A model generated the notes under the pieces. That model was not told the DNA's origin. It worked only from the letters and a program-made list of their open reading frames with translations, and searched no databases. The position numbers and the translations under genes were made by a program. A stretch of DNA of 63,863 nt, filler included, from Octopus bimaculoides (Eukaryota), in the NCBI RefSeq assembly GCF_001194135.2. It is 8 parts of 8 records of this genome, joined end to end, with 100 filler letters (N's around TTAATTAATTAA, not from the genome) between each part and the next. Parts side by side here need not be neighbours in the genome. Positions count along the whole stretch, not along the records: positions 62,267 to 63,863 come from NC_068997.1; 7 more parts are not named here. One strand, written 5' to 3'. This document shows, in pieces, positions 62,304 to 63,863 of this stretch (its first letter is position 1; each line of letters opens with the position of its first letter).

Positions 62304-62899
62304 TTAAAACAGTAGGGTAAAAAAATTGGATATTAATTAATATCAATTTAATACCAGGGAACAAACACATTAAAAGAATCAAGAAGATTCAGAAAAAATA
62401 TCTGAGATCTCAAAGGATTATTGTACATGTATATATAAATATATATAAAGGAGACCACTAGGTGGACTGCTAATGTGCTAGAAGAAGATCACATGATTTA
62501 TAAAGACTTATGAATCTTACCATAAGTATAATTTAACAGAACCGTGTACACGTGCTCCACTCGTGGTGTACAACTAGTATGCGATTCTGTAAATTGTATG
62601 TATTCAACGGTCTGTACTGATGAGAAACAGATACTTTCGTATTTTGAAGCAGTATCATCGGAAAAGTTACATTCCAAGAATAGTCCATGCACTCTATGAA
62701 GATGTAGTGGAAATATATAGCCAGTACAAGGTGTTGATGTGTCTGCGTGTATGTTATTAAAATAGTTCATAAAGAGATGCAGAATAAATTCAAGGTCTAT
62801 ATATTTACTACATAAAAATATATTTTGTTTACTGGTCGATAATGATACATAGAATCAATATGTAGAATCTAGTTGACTGAAGCAATCTATGCAAGAAAG

Positions 62900-63412
62900 T
62901 TCAGAGATAGGGAATGTAGATATAACAGCTAAGTGGTGGTTTACAGTCATGTGGCGTAGAGAAATAGACGGACATAGCAATGACGGGAATGGCTCTAAGT
63001 TTAATCGACTAACAAGCAAAGAGCAGGGTTAGCAAGCTGTTTTTATTAATAGAGCGCTAGACATTCTAGAAACTTCTAAGAGAAACTTCTTGAATAATTA
63101 AGAATCACGTCTCATGACACAAATGTTTCGAAAACTTAGGATGGGAGATTACCCTATAATCTTTCCTGCAAGGGAGATCATTCAACTATTTAGCTACGTA
63201 GACCAGTATAAAGATGATTCGGAGTGAAGGGTGGAGTTTTGAGAGTGGCACACGCAAGATGCTTAGAAGACGCACACTTTTCAACAAAGATCGATTGGAG
63301 TGAAGAGGCTACNNNNNNNNNNNNNNNNNNNNNNNNNNNNNNNNNNNNNNNNNNNNNNNNNNNNNNNNNNNNNNNNNNNNNNNNNNNNNNNNNNNNNNNN
63401 NNNNNNNNNNNN

Positions 63413-63440
<28 letters not shown>
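62900..63440 (+). mobile_element. Possible very old RTE LINE 3' end
   Basis: Weak frames NRALDI..., SYVDQYKDD, then (GAT)n after a gap. Confidence 0.3.
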
Positions 63441-63445
<5 letters not shown>

Positions 63446-63811
63446 GATGAGGATGATGATGCTGGAGATATTTCAGAAGGAGCACCATGAAGAGAAATCC
63501 TTTAGTTTACAAGTCGCCAAAAATGTATATAAACATGCGTCTATATATAAACACACACCCATGCATACATATATACATGCATACATATATACGTATGTAC
63601 GTGCGTATATACGTACATACGTACATGTATATATGCGTGCATACATACATAAATGCATACATACACACGTACATAGATATGTACTTACGTACATACGTAT
63701 ATACATACGTATATACATACATAGATACATATATAAATACATACGTACATTTATACATACCTCTCTAATACCTACTTACCTGCCTACCTGCCTATCTATC
63801 TATCTATCTAC

Positions 63812-63854
<43 letters not shown>

Positions 63855-63863
63855 CGGACGGTA

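Overview
This is AT-rich, microsatellite-dense, gappy eukaryotic DNA. The repeat landscape (tRNA-SINEs with CORE/Meta-like domains, RTE LINE tails ending in (GAT)n, mariners, long ATC/TA/TATC arrays) looks like an octopus or other coleoid cephalopod scaffold; that taxon call is inference only. I recognise no host gene, and most long ORFs in the track are microsatellite or N-gap artefacts. Supported mobile elements: two decayed mariners, a Chapaev3-like transposase, a Ty3/Gypsy integrase fragment, RTE and R4/Dong-like LINE 3' ends, Penelope-like remnants, a long-TIR foldback element and several dozen SINE copies. Best finds: (1) a ~350-nt repeat unit at two loci (35973-36572, 42494-43069) carrying a type I hammerhead ribozyme with a palindromic stem III and compensatory stem I changes between loci, in a tandem-plus-inverted layout typical of Penelope pLTRs or retrozymes; (2) a second minimal hammerhead family in Penelope-like tails; (3) a near-full-length decayed 5.8S rRNA copy fused behind a SINE CORE-like module; (4) a variable-copy 65-bp structured repeat in the RTE 3' UTR; (5) isolated long hairpins and weak exon candidates. 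No CRISPR array, intact rRNA gene or convincing intact tRNA gene was seen. All alignments and folds were done by eye.
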